Below are positions 1 to 9,445 of a stretch of DNA of 64,000 bases, piece by piece. The stretch is taken from positions 2,597 to 66,596 of the forward strand of contig MFNK01000008.1 in assembly GCA_001782045.1 (NCBI GenBank), given 5' to 3'. Each line of letters opens with the position of its first letter. Positions within the stretch are counted from its first letter, which is position 1. This stretch comes from Candidatus Levybacteria bacterium RIFCSPHIGHO2_01_FULL_36_15b (GTDB lineage: Bacteria > Patescibacteriota > Microgenomatia > Levybacterales > UBA12049). Under the pieces are notes generated by a model. The model had not been told where the DNA came from, did no database searches, and saw only the letters and a list, made by a program, of their open reading frames with translations. The translations under genes were made by a program, and so were the position numbers.

Positions 1-57
1 CAAAGCCAAATCAAGTGCAGGGAAGTTGTTCATTTGAATGTGATAGAATGGGTTTAG

Positions 58-1686
58 ATGACAAAAAAATTATACTCAATTTTAACAACTTTAGCTTCGG
101 AAATGGGCGCAAAAGAGCCTAATTTTAAGGTTGAATTTCCAAAGGACAAATCACACGGCGATTTGAGCTCAAATATTGCCCTTGCTTTGTTTAAAAACTC
201 AAAATCACAGTATTCATCACCCTTAGCATTGGCAAAAGATTTAGTTGAAAAACTGGAAAAACAAAAGGAAATTTTAGAAGATTTTGAAAAAATAGAAGCA
301 GTTGAGCCCGGTTTTGTTAATTTTTACTATTCCAATAAATACCTTTCAGCTCAAACGCAAAAGATAATAGAAGAAGATAAAGAATATGGCTCCATAGATA
401 TAGGAAAGGGAAAGTCGGCAAGCGTTGAATATGTTAGCGCAAACCCTACAGGGCCTTTGCATATTGGAAATGCCCGAGGCGGACCAATGGGTGACATTAT
501 TGCAAATGTGCTCTCTTATGCAGGCTACAAGGTCACACGGGAGTACTTACACAACGATATAGGCGGACAGGTAGAAAAACTCGGTGAAAGCATTTACTAC
601 GTTCTTAATTCTTCCGAAAAACCCAAAGATTACGAAATCCAATACAAAGGAGAGTACGTTTATGATTTGGCGAAAAAAGTTAACACAAAATTACACACTC
701 AAAAACTCTCCAAAGACGAATTTATAAAAGAAGCAGGAAAAATAGCAGTTGAAATAATGCTCGAGCAAATTTTACAAGACTGCAAGCTTATGGGAATAAA
801 TTTTGACAAAGTTACTAAAGAATCCGAACTTCAAAAAGATATTCCTAAGGTGCTAGACAAGCTCAAAAGTTCGCTTAAGACAAGCGAAGGGGCATTATGG
901 TTTGCTCCTTCTGATGAGTATCTTAAAGATAGAGAAACAGTTGTTAGAAAATCAAACGGGAAATATACATATTTTGCATCTGATATCGTTTATCATAACC
1001 AGAAATTGATGCAGAGTGATGTTGTTATAGATATTTTAGGGGCGAACCACAGCGGACACGTGCCAAAACTTTTCGCAATTGCCAAGGCATTAGGACACGA
1101 TCCTGAAAACTTAAAAGTTATTCTTTATCAAAATGTCAGACTTAAAAAGGGGCAGGAAACTTTTAAAATGGCCAAAAGATTGGGAAATATTGTAACAGCA
1201 AGGGAAGTTTTACAGGAAGTAGGCAAAGACGCTTTTAGATTTTTCCTGTCGATGCAAAATAATCAGAGCCATATAGATTTTGATATAGAGCTTGCTAAGA
1301 AAAAGGCAAACGAAAATCCTGTTTTCTACGTCCAATACGCGTATACGCGAATATGTTCCATATTCGCTAAAATAAAAGATAACAAATCAAATCTCAAATC
1401 TGCTAACTTAGAACTTCTCAAAGAAAAAGAAGAGTTAGATTTAATGAGAACGCTTTTGCAATTCCCAAGTCTCATTGAACAGGTGAGCCATAATTTTGCA
1501 GTAAATTTAATTACAAACTATTCTCTAGAGCTTGCAACTGCGTTCCACCGTTTTTATGAAAAACATCAAGTGCTTTCAGTTCAAAGTGAATTAAAAAATG
1601 CCCGCTTAGCACTATTAAAGGCAACCCAAATTACATTAAAAAATACATTAGATTTGCTAGGGATATCAGCCCCGGAAAAAATGTAA
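58..1686 (+). CDS. argS: Arginine--tRNA ligase
   Basis: VEYVSANPTGPLHIGNARG (HIGH-like), KMAKR (KMSK-like), YVQYAYTRI, C-terminal LLGISAPEKM. Confidence 0.97.
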   Translation: MTKKLYSILTTLASEMGAKEPNFKVEFPKDKSHGDLSSNIALALFKNSKSQYSSPLALAKDLVEKLEKQKEILEDFEKIEAVEPGFVNFYYSNKYLSAQTQKIIEEDKEYGSIDIGKGKSASVEYVSANPTGPLHIGNARGGPMGDIIANVLSYAGYKVTREYLHNDIGGQVEKLGESIYYVLNSSEKPKDYEIQYKGEYVYDLAKKVNTKLHTQKLSKDEFIKEAGKIAVEIMLEQILQDCKLMGINFDKVTKESELQKDIPKVLDKLKSSLKTSEGALWFAPSDEYLKDRETVVRKSNGKYTYFASDIVYHNQKLMQSDVVIDILGANHSGHVPKLFAIAKALGHDPENLKVILYQNVRLKKGQETFKMAKRLGNIVTAREVLQEVGKDAFRFFLSMQNNQSHIDFDIELAKKKANENPVFYVQYAYTRICSIFAKIKDNKSNLKSANLELLKEKEELDLMRTLLQFPSLIEQVSHNFAVNLITNYSLELATAFHRFYEKHQVLSVQSELKNARLALLKATQITLKNTLDLLGISAPEKM

Positions 1687-1713
1687 TTTAGCTCCAAACG
1701 AACCTAATTGAAC

Positions 1714-1742
1714 TTGATTTTTGTCTTATAGTGTGTTATATT
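1714..1742 (+). promoter_or_regulatory. Sigma70-type promoter for tag-protein array 1
   Basis: TTGATT-17 nt-TATATT with TG extension, 6 nt before ATG 1749. Confidence 0.55.
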
Positions 1743-1748
1743 CCACGC

Positions 1749-2300
1749 ATGGAAAAAGAACCAAGATTTTTTATCAATATTCCTGAAAGTGAAAGGGAAT
1801 ATACAATGCCAAAAATTAAAGAATACCCAAGAGACGGAGAAGAAACAGTAGTTTTTGAGGGGATTGGTGGACCTGTATTTGAAAAGAATCAAACGGAGAG
1901 AAAAGTGATTCGAAAACCAAAAGATTTTGTCACAAATACACCTAAAAATTCACCAAGAACAATTCTGGCTGAAATACTAAAAAAAAGAGGTATTGACGTT
2001 CGGATTTCAAACGAGACAACAGATATTTATGGGAGTCCTCTACCTGATTTTGTAGCAATTTTTGCAGAAGATGACGCGAGGCAAATATTCAACGAAATTT
2101 TTGATTCTGCCCAGTTTCGAGAGGATAGAGTGTATATTGACTTTGAGGATACAGACGATGAGCTTAGGCAGAAAATTATTCATGGAATTGAGGCAATTGT
2201 TGATAAAAAGCTTGGCCCGGTTGTTCAAGAGCCTCAAAAACCCTATATAACCGCGCGTGAAGTCGCGGATTTAGATCCGTATAGAGTAAGGAGTAAATAG
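1749..2300 (+). CDS. Hypothetical protein, domain-A family, C-terminal VADLDPY tag
   Basis: Ends ITAREVADLDPYRVRSK; start moved to ATG 1749 because of the -10 box. Confidence 0.8.
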   Translation: MEKEPRFFINIPESEREYTMPKIKEYPRDGEETVVFEGIGGPVFEKNQTERKVIRKPKDFVTNTPKNSPRTILAEILKKRGIDVRISNETTDIYGSPLPDFVAIFAEDDARQIFNEIFDSAQFREDRVYIDFEDTDDELRQKIIHGIEAIVDKKLGPVVQEPQKPYITAREVADLDPYRVRSK

Positions 2301-2301
2301 T

Positions 2302-2964
2302 ATGTCAATAGAAAAAATACAAGTTCAAATAAAGAGCTCAGAAATGAACGGGGAGCAGCGGTTAAAAACCCAAGGCACACCGGAAGATTTTATAACAAAT
2401 TGCCCCGAAAATTCGGTAAGAGTTATACTGGCACAGATTTTAATAGATAAAGGCTTAGAAGAACTAAGAATTGATCAGCCTTTAGGATCTGCTGGGAAGG
2501 GTGCAAAAGGAATATTCGGAACCAAAAGGGCCCGCGAAATTATGGAAAGGATAGTCCATACTCCGGAGTTTCATGTAATTTTTATAGCTCATGATATTTC
2601 GGATATTCCCTTAGCACCCAAAGACTTTGCAAATTTAAAACTAGAAAAATTTAAAAGTACAAAGCTTATAGAAGAATTTCAGATTCTTCAATTGAAGAAA
2701 CATGTTGAAAAACTTGAAGATCTCTTTCCCTATTCTTCCGACAATGCACAAATGAACAGATTTACTAGAGAAGAAGAGAAAAAATTGAATGAATTTATTG
2801 CTTCTGGGGTTCATATTCTCACCGATGAGGAAATAAAGGCAATAATAGAAGTTATTGTTGATGCAAATGCGAGACCGGAAGATCTAATAGACGAAAGGAT
2901 AAGGCACAGAACTCTTTCGGCAAACGAAGTTGCGGACTTAGATCCGTATGGAGTAAGAAAATGA
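2302..2964 (+). CDS. Hypothetical protein, domain-A family, C-terminal VADLDPY tag
   Basis: Ends LSANEVADLDPYGVRK; clear paralog of 2961-3629. Confidence 0.85.
   Translation: MSIEKIQVQIKSSEMNGEQRLKTQGTPEDFITNCPENSVRVILAQILIDKGLEELRIDQPLGSAGKGAKGIFGTKRAREIMERIVHTPEFHVIFIAHDISDIPLAPKDFANLKLEKFKSTKLIEEFQILQLKKHVEKLEDLFPYSSDNAQMNRFTREEEKKLNEFIASGVHILTDEEIKAIIEVIVDANARPEDLIDERIRHRTLSANEVADLDPYGVRK
2463..2552 (+). repeat. 90-bp exact direct repeat, copy 1 (copy 2 at 3089-3178)
   Basis: actaagaattgatcagcc...ggaaaggat is identical in both paralogs. Confidence 0.9.
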
Positions 2965-3629
2965 GCAACAAAGAACAAGAGCTAAAAGAATTTAATTATG
3001 GCACGCCGGAAGATTTTCTTACAAATACTGGCGAAAACTCTACAGAAGTTATGTTGGCTGAAGTTTTGATAGACAAGGGCTTAAAAGGACTAAGAATTGA
3101 TCAGCCTTTAGGATCTGCTGGGAAGGGTGCAAAAGGAATATTCGGAACCAAAAGGGCCCGCGAAATTATGGAAAGGATCGATGATACTCCGGAGTTTGAT
3201 GTAATTTTTAAAGCTTGTGATGTGCCGGATATAAGATTAAATGCTTCAGATTTTGCGGATCTGACTTTGCAAGAATTCAAAGGTACAAAACTTCAAGAGG
3301 AACTCATTACTCTTCAACTGAAGAAAGAGATAGAAAATCTTAAAAGAATTTTCCTTGATTTTTCAGGTTATCCAGATATGAAAAAAAGCGTTGAAAAAAA
3401 GGAGCAGAATTTAACATTCTTTATAGATTCAGGAGTACATATTCCCACAGATGAAGAAATAAAAAAACTAATAGAAGCTATAGTAGACGCAAATACGACG
3501 CCTGAAGATTTTAAGGAAGAATCTCAAAAGGCAAAAGAAACTCTTAAACCTGTGGATTTAAAAGTTCAAAATAGGACCCTAAGAGCAAACGAAGTAGCGG
3601 ATTTAGATCCGTATGGGGTTAGAAAATGA
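2961..3629 (+). CDS. Hypothetical protein, domain-A family, C-terminal VADLDPY tag
   Basis: ATGA overlap with previous gene; ends LRANEVADLDPYGVRK. Confidence 0.85.
   Translation: MSNKEQELKEFNYGTPEDFLTNTGENSTEVMLAEVLIDKGLKGLRIDQPLGSAGKGAKGIFGTKRAREIMERIDDTPEFDVIFKACDVPDIRLNASDFADLTLQEFKGTKLQEELITLQLKKEIENLKRIFLDFSGYPDMKKSVEKKEQNLTFFIDSGVHIPTDEEIKKLIEAIVDANTTPEDFKEESQKAKETLKPVDLKVQNRTLRANEVADLDPYGVRK
3089..3178 (+). repeat. 90-bp exact direct repeat, copy 2
   Basis: Identical to 2463-2552. Confidence 0.9.
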
Positions 3630-4378
3630 CAGAAAGAATAATAAACTACCAAAAAGAACAAAAGACGGAAGTTGTAATGGAGGGGATTATGGGTCCAGTT
3701 TCTATTCCTGTGGAAAAAACTCAAACTCCAGAAATTCCATCTCAAACTGCATCAAAAGATACATTAAGAGCTCACGAAGTAGCAGAGTTAGACCCGTATG
3801 GTGTGCGTTCAAAACCTTCTAAGCCGATTAAAGTTGAGCACTCTCCAATTCCAGAATTAGAAGTAATTGACGGAAGACACTTACATGGAAGCTCTAGGCT
3901 TATAGTTGCAGAAGTTTTAAAAGAAAAGGGCTACGGAGGCATTATAATAACGCAAGTCCCAGGAGAAGAATTTAAACAAATTAGAATAAAAAAAGAAAGA
4001 GCGCAACAGAAATTTGAAGAATTATGTGAATTACCTGACTTAAAGCTTTTGGAAGAAATTACAGATCCAAAACCTTTTTCCCAACCACCTGATTTAAGCA
4101 AAAGAGGAGAGTTCTACGAATTTGACAACATAGTCAATCAAAGAAGACTCAAGGCGCTTTACTATCAAGCAAAAATAAAACACTTAAAAGAGGCTTCAAA
4201 GCATTTTAAAATACCGCTGGAAGACGGAAAAGTTGTAATATATGAAGCGTTAATTGATGAAAATTTGAGATCATATCCCGGCACTAGTTTTGAAGCCCTG
4301 GTCAATAAAAGGGAAAAAATTCCCTCTAGGGCAGAAGTAAAACATTGGGTAAAACAGATCGTAATGCAAAACTTATGA
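3626..4378 (+). CDS. Hypothetical protein, domain-A family, tag near N-terminus
   Basis: LRAHEVAELDPYGVRSKP, then IVAEVLKEKG domain; ATGA overlap. Confidence 0.85.
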   Translation: MTERIINYQKEQKTEVVMEGIMGPVSIPVEKTQTPEIPSQTASKDTLRAHEVAELDPYGVRSKPSKPIKVEHSPIPELEVIDGRHLHGSSRLIVAEVLKEKGYGGIIITQVPGEEFKQIRIKKERAQQKFEELCELPDLKLLEEITDPKPFSQPPDLSKRGEFYEFDNIVNQRRLKALYYQAKIKHLKEASKHFKIPLEDGKVVIYEALIDENLRSYPGTSFEALVNKREKIPSRAEVKHWVKQIVMQNL

Positions 4379-5622
4379 CAGAAAGCTCATCAGGGTTTGG
4401 CAGTAATATGCCGGAAAAGTTAAGAAGTCCAGAATTTGAAGATAGATTCCTTTGGGGAGCAGAGCCAGATAATTCTGTTGATTTAACTCTTGCAAATATC
4501 TTAAAAGAGAGGGGTATTAAGGGCATAGCTTTTGAAAGAAAAACAAGGGAAAACGATGGAGGGGAATATACAAATATATATGTAACCACTGATAAAGCAA
4601 GAATGACCATGAATAAAATAACTGAAATGCCGGAAATTGGTGCTTTAAGTGACGCAACTTACCCAGGGTTTAGTTTAGACGAGCCTGATTTTGATAAAGT
4701 TACCATTGAAGAATTTAAGAATGTAGATTTGCAAAACAGGTTAAAAGCACTTTTTTGTAAAAATACAATTGCAGATTTTGAAACGTGGCCAGATGATGGC
4801 TTAGAGGTTTGGGAAGACAACAGCAATGCAATGAATGTCAACCACTATACAGAGGAAATGGAAGAGTATTTAAGATTTAGTACGCCGAGTACTGTTCCGG
4901 ACGACGACGAAATAAAAGCATTAATTGAACTAATTGTTGATTCACAAGGAATACCAAGAAGAGAAAAAGAAGCTACAGAAGAAGTAATAGTTGTTGATTC
5001 AAAATCCACACTTAGCGCAAACGAGGTAGCTGATTTAGATCCGTATAATGTGCGCGGTAAGCCCATTCAAAACTCTCCAAAACAGCTTTTGGAAGAAAAA
5101 GAAACTTTAGGGGAATTGGAAATTTGGGGATCACATATTCCGGAATCCTCCAATTTAATTCTTGCAGAGCTTTTGCAGGAAGCGGGGTTCCAGGATATCG
5201 GGATAAAGGATGCAAAAGACGGGAAAAAGGACATTTATTGTAGTGATAATTATACTCGAAGAATAATAAATAGCACTTTTAATTTCTCGGATTTCCAAAT
5301 ACTTTCTCAAATTACAGGTGGTTATCCCAATGAATTGCCGGATTTTAGCAAAGCAGAATTCTCGGAATTTAAAAATGAAATCACACAGAGAAGGCTAAAA
5401 GGTCTACGTTATGACATCCTAATCAAGGAATATATAAGGTCCTGTCAAAGAAAAGGCATACCTATTAACGCTAATGCACAAGGATATATGGAAGCCAGTA
5501 AATCTGACGCTTTAATATATGAAATTACTCCTTACGGGACTGCTCCGCAAACTCTTCACTTAGAGATTCCCGACAGGAAAGAATTAAAAAACTGGATAAG
5601 AGAAATAATAAGTACTTTATAA
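4375..5622 (+). CDS. Hypothetical protein, two domain-A copies joined by an internal tag
   Basis: LANILKERG ... LSANEVADLDPYNVRGKP ... LAELLQEAG; likely start ATG 4375 (ATGA overlap). Confidence 0.85.
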   Translation: MTESSSGFGSNMPEKLRSPEFEDRFLWGAEPDNSVDLTLANILKERGIKGIAFERKTRENDGGEYTNIYVTTDKARMTMNKITEMPEIGALSDATYPGFSLDEPDFDKVTIEEFKNVDLQNRLKALFCKNTIADFETWPDDGLEVWEDNSNAMNVNHYTEEMEEYLRFSTPSTVPDDDEIKALIELIVDSQGIPRREKEATEEVIVVDSKSTLSANEVADLDPYNVRGKPIQNSPKQLLEEKETLGELEIWGSHIPESSNLILAELLQEAGFQDIGIKDAKDGKKDIYCSDNYTRRIINSTFNFSDFQILSQITGGYPNELPDFSKAEFSEFKNEITQRRLKGLRYDILIKEYIRSCQRKGIPINANAQGYMEASKSDALIYEITPYGTAPQTLHLEIPDRKELKNWIREIISTL

Positions 5623-5631
5623 ACATTAATT

Positions 5632-6504
5632 ATGAAAGAATTAAATTTCCATTTAAGAGCAGACGAAGTAGCTGATTTGGATCCTTATAACGTTCGTGGA
5701 AAACCTGTTCAGCAGGCGGCAGAAGATCTTCTGGGGGATGAGCCTGAAAATGGCCTAGAAGGAGCTTTCAATTATGTCCAGGAAACGACCCTGGTAGTAA
5801 ATGAAAAATTGGCTTGGGAAAGAGTTTTTGGTTTAAGGCCGGAAATTGGGCCATTGCCACCTTATTTTACCCACGAAATGAAAGAAAAACTTGAAGAAAA
5901 CGGTTTTAATTTTATTTATATTCCTCATTTAGAGCTCGAGAACGGATGGCGTGGGCTAAGTACAGCGGGATATTTAAGTGCCTTACAAAGAGATTATCCA
6001 AACTGGAAAGCTCTTGAGTATCTTCCAGATATAGATAGAGATAATCCTAACGTACCAAAAAACTTAAGTCAGACCTTTTGGGACGACGTAGAAAGAGGGA
6101 ATATACCCTTTCCGCAACTTCCCGGTAAATGGATTGCTGTGGAGCATAGAGATGGAAGTTTTATGGAAGATCATCTAGGAATAAATTTTTATAATAGTGA
6201 TGATTGGAGCGAAATTTTATCAGGAATTACTATGAAACAGCAAAAAGCACTTGAAGAATTAGACCTTTGGGGATTCAGGGCGCATATTAGACTTCCTGAA
6301 GCAATTGAATGGAATCTTCTAGCTAATAGATTCGGGTGGGGAAGCCCCGGCGAATGGGACTGGACAAGCACCGAAACCAATGAAAATGAAATTGTAGTTA
6401 TGGGACTTTTTGACGATAAAATTAATAGCGAATTTAAGCTTGTTTCAAAACAAAGGAAAGATTTTCTGGCGCAACCAATAATTGATTTTAGTCTGGAAAC
6501 TTAA
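5632..6504 (+). CDS. Hypothetical protein, N-terminal tag plus possible FGE/C-type-lectin-like C-terminal domain
   Basis: LRADEVADLDPYNVRGKP; RLPEAIEWNLLA...GEWDWTST resembles the RLPTEAEW...WEWT of FGE-sulfatase/CLec folds. Confidence 0.75.
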   Translation: MKELNFHLRADEVADLDPYNVRGKPVQQAAEDLLGDEPENGLEGAFNYVQETTLVVNEKLAWERVFGLRPEIGPLPPYFTHEMKEKLEENGFNFIYIPHLELENGWRGLSTAGYLSALQRDYPNWKALEYLPDIDRDNPNVPKNLSQTFWDDVERGNIPFPQLPGKWIAVEHRDGSFMEDHLGINFYNSDDWSEILSGITMKQQKALEELDLWGFRAHIRLPEAIEWNLLANRFGWGSPGEWDWTSTETNENEIVVMGLFDDKINSEFKLVSKQRKDFLAQPIIDFSLET

Positions 6505-6563
6505 TAGCCTCGATTTTTGACATATTTTAAACTGATACTCTTTCCGTTATAATATTAGCTCTT

Positions 6564-7862
6564 ATGAACTACACAAGAAAAGTATTAGACAATGGTGTCC
6601 GAGTTATAACAGTTCCTATGCCTTCGTTTGAATCTGCAACAGTAATGGTAATGGTTGGAGCAGGAAGCAGATACGAAACAACAAAAAACAACGGAATTTC
6701 CCACTTTTTGGAACACATGGCTTTTAAGGGTACGACAAAAAGACCAAGTGCCATGGATATTGCAAGCATGATAGATGGCATTGGAGGCGAATTTAATGCA
6801 TTTACAAGCAAAGAAGTAACAGGATATTTTGTAAAAGCTGCTAAAACACACGCAGAACTTTGCATGGATGTTTTATCCGACATGCTTCAAAATTCCAAGC
6901 TGGATGCAGCAGAAATAGAGAAAGAAAGAGGAGTAATTTTGGAGGAAATAAACCTTTACGAAGATACACCAAGCAGAAAAATAGGCGATATTTACGAAAG
7001 TCTCTTATATGGAGATACTCCGATGGGCTGGGATATCGCCGGCCAAAAAGAAGTTATAAAAAGTATTACAAGGCAGGATTTTGTTGATTATATGGCAAGC
7101 CTTTACAGCGCCAAAAATATGGTCGTTGTAGTTGCGGGCGGAATAATTCCGGACAAAATTGAGGCTATGGCCGTTAAGTATTTTGGCAAAATGTCACAAT
7201 TTGATACAGTAAAATATAGCCCAATAGTAGAAAACCAGGTCAAACCATCTCTTTATATAAAACATAAAGTTACGGAACAAGTTCATATAGCGGTTGGGTT
7301 CCGCACGGTTGCGCTCGAGCATCCGGATAGATACGCTTTATCGGTTTTAGGCTCAATTTTGGGTGGAGGAATGAGCTCGCGGCTTTTTAGCGAAGTTAGG
7401 GAAAAACGAGGGCTTGCTTATTACGTAAGAACCGGTTCGGAAAATTATCAAGATGCAGGAAATTTAGTATCAACCGCAGGACTTGATCCAAAAAGAGTGG
7501 ATGAGGGAATAAAAGTTGTAGTTGAAGAGTATTCTAAATTTGCAAGCGGAAAGGCAAATGTTACTAAAACAGAACTTGCAAAAGCCAAAGAGTACATAAA
7601 AGGGCATTTGGTTTTAGAAGAAGAAGACAGCCGCTTTATGGCTGCTTTTTACGCTCAAAACGAGCTTTTGGAAAAGAATATGGAAACGCCCGAAGAACTT
7701 ATTGAAAATATAGAAAAAGTAACAATGGAAGATGTAGAAAAAGTCGCCAAAAAATACTTTAAAAACGAAACATTAAATTTAGCAATAATCGGAAATTTTG
7801 ATCCTTCGACAGGCTCAGGACGAGCATCCGAGGCAAAATTTAAGAAGCTTCTGAAGATTTAG
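6564..7862 (+). CDS. M16 (pitrilysin/MPP-like) zinc peptidase
   Basis: GISHFLEHMAFKGT (HXXEH), FNAFTS, LGGGMSSRLFSEVREKRGLAY. Confidence 0.95.
   Translation: MNYTRKVLDNGVRVITVPMPSFESATVMVMVGAGSRYETTKNNGISHFLEHMAFKGTTKRPSAMDIASMIDGIGGEFNAFTSKEVTGYFVKAAKTHAELCMDVLSDMLQNSKLDAAEIEKERGVILEEINLYEDTPSRKIGDIYESLLYGDTPMGWDIAGQKEVIKSITRQDFVDYMASLYSAKNMVVVVAGGIIPDKIEAMAVKYFGKMSQFDTVKYSPIVENQVKPSLYIKHKVTEQVHIAVGFRTVALEHPDRYALSVLGSILGGGMSSRLFSEVREKRGLAYYVRTGSENYQDAGNLVSTAGLDPKRVDEGIKVVVEEYSKFASGKANVTKTELAKAKEYIKGHLVLEEEDSRFMAAFYAQNELLEKNMETPEELIENIEKVTMEDVEKVAKKYFKNETLNLAIIGNFDPSTGSGRASEAKFKKLLKI
7802..7820 (+). repeat. REP-like palindrome family 1 (TCCTTCGACAGGCTCAGGA), in frame in the peptidase
   Basis: Encodes PSTGSG; related copies at 23193, 24394, 24524, 33618, 33675, 51937. 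Confidence 0.75.
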
Positions 7863-8778
7863 CCTGTTTCCTCAAGCTTTCTCTTTCCTGTGCCAGTTTT
7901 ATATTTCTTACAGATTCTTCTCCGAGTTCTAATTTAGCCGGATATCTCAGCATAAAATAAGCACCCCACTTGTGAATGTCTACTTCTCTTTGTGCATTAT
8001 GAATCCAAAGTCCATTAGAGTCTTCTACAAAAGTTCCAACATCCTTAAGGCTGATTTTTTCTTCCCAAACTACTTTTTGTGGGTCTTTAATGTCAAAAAT
8101 AGTTAACTTATCGCCATTATTGAGCATGTGGAATCCTTCATAATCCCATTTTTCAACTAAAAGAGTGTCAGATTGTCTTTGCTCAATAACTCCGTCTTGC
8201 CACTCTACGGTTGCTCTTGTTATTTCTCCAGGCCTTATTCCATAAGGTCTTTCTGCAATAGGCGTTCCTCCTGCAGAATACCTTTTTCCTTTAGTATCTA
8301 CGGCAGTAGATTTATCCACCATAATCCAGTTTCCTTCGCCTAACTTCTCGTTAAACCTATCGGCTGAATATTTCATCTTGAATTCATACTTTTCCATCAA
8401 CCTTTTATCTGCTTCTTTGTCTCCTTCTTCTTCACCTACGTATAAAGAAGAAATATAATAATCTTCTTCTTTTTCCATTGGATCAGGAAGAAGATCCCAT
8501 TTTTCTCCGTGTAGTACTTCTGCATCGTCTTTAGTTTTTCCTTTTCTATCCGGATTATTTAAATCCCAAACTTCAGTGTTTCCAAAGACGCCGTCTGCTC
8601 TATCATAAGTTATAAAATCTCTGTCTTGGAATGCCCAGTATCCACCCTCGATGCCAGTTTCTGAGTAAAATTCTAACTTTCCTTTGTAGGTATGTGGGGG
8701 AAGTTTTTCTTTTGGCTCTCTTGTTTTATACGGATCTAAATCTGCAACTTCGTTTGCTCTTAACAATTCATTTTTCAT
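7840..8778 (-). CDS. Hypothetical protein with N-terminal VADLDPY tag
   Basis: MKNELLRANEVADLDPYKTR; body (SETGIEGGYWAFQD...WDYEG) unrelated to the other tagged proteins. Confidence 0.85.
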   Translation of the reverse strand: MKNELLRANEVADLDPYKTREPKEKLPPHTYKGKLEFYSETGIEGGYWAFQDRDFITYDRADGVFGNTEVWDLNNPDRKGKTKDDAEVLHGEKWDLLPDPMEKEEDYYISSLYVGEEEGDKEADKRLMEKYEFKMKYSADRFNEKLGEGNWIMVDKSTAVDTKGKRYSAGGTPIAERPYGIRPGEITRATVEWQDGVIEQRQSDTLLVEKWDYEGFHMLNNGDKLTIFDIKDPQKVVWEEKISLKDVGTFVEDSNGLWIHNAQREVDIHKWGAYFMLRYPAKLELGEESVRNIKLAQERESLRKQAKSSEAS

Positions 8779-8787
8779 TAGGACCGA

Positions 8788-8886
8788 ATTATAAGTCTAA
8801 GCATTAATTTAGTCAAACGAGCTAGTCGTTATAACATTGTTATAACATAAGTTTCTATTTACATTTTAGGTTTTACGCTTTACAAT
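8788..8886. promoter_or_regulatory. Divergent sigma70 promoters with tandem GTTATAAC palindromes between them
   Basis: Minus: TTGACT-17-TATAAT (8816-8788); plus: TTTACA-17-TACAAT (8858-8886); GTTATAACAT twice at 8828-8848. Confidence 0.6.
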
Positions 8887-8893
8887 TAGACCG

Positions 8894-9445
8894 ATGGAAA
8901 AAACATTAGTACTTTTAAAGCCTGATGCGGTAAAGCGGGGAATAATGGGTGAAATAATTCATAGATTCGAGCGTATGGGGCTTCGAATTGTTGGTATGAA
9001 AATGGTAAAGGCAGACAAGTCTTTATTAGACAAGCATTATGCCACAGATAAAACATCTACTTTAGACCGAATTGGAGGCAAAACAATAGATACTTACAAA
9101 AAATATGGCAAGGATTTAAAAAAAGAGTTTGGAACAGAAGACGCAGCAAAAGTTGGTAAGGTTGTGGTTGGCTGGTTATTAGACTTTATGACCTCCACAC
9201 CCGTTGTTGCTATGGTGGTAGAGGGCAAACACGCAGTAGATAATGTAGTAGCGTTAGCAGGTTCTACAATGCCTGTCGCTGCTGCACCTGGAACAATTAG
9301 AGGGGATTTTTCAACAGATAGCGCTGCTTATGCAAACGAAGAAAAAAGAGCAGTAACTAACTTAGTTCATATTTCCGCTACAAAAGAAGAAGCAGAATTT
9401 GAAATTTCTCTTTGGTTTACGCCTTCCGAAATCCACAACTATTAA
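8894..9445 (+). CDS. ndk: Nucleoside diphosphate kinase
   Basis: EKTLVLLKPDAV, APGTIRGDF, NLVHIS. Confidence 0.95.
   Translation: MEKTLVLLKPDAVKRGIMGEIIHRFERMGLRIVGMKMVKADKSLLDKHYATDKTSTLDRIGGKTIDTYKKYGKDLKKEFGTEDAAKVGKVVVGWLLDFMTSTPVVAMVVEGKHAVDNVVALAGSTMPVAAAPGTIRGDFSTDSAAYANEEKRAVTNLVHISATKEEAEFEISLWFTPSEIHNY

Noticed and set aside
2259-5688. Tag repeats read as a CRISPR array or integron attC cassette array
   Set aside because: The repeats are in frame, vary synonymously, are non-palindromic and are spaced 185-1250 bp apart; there is no cas gene or integrase.
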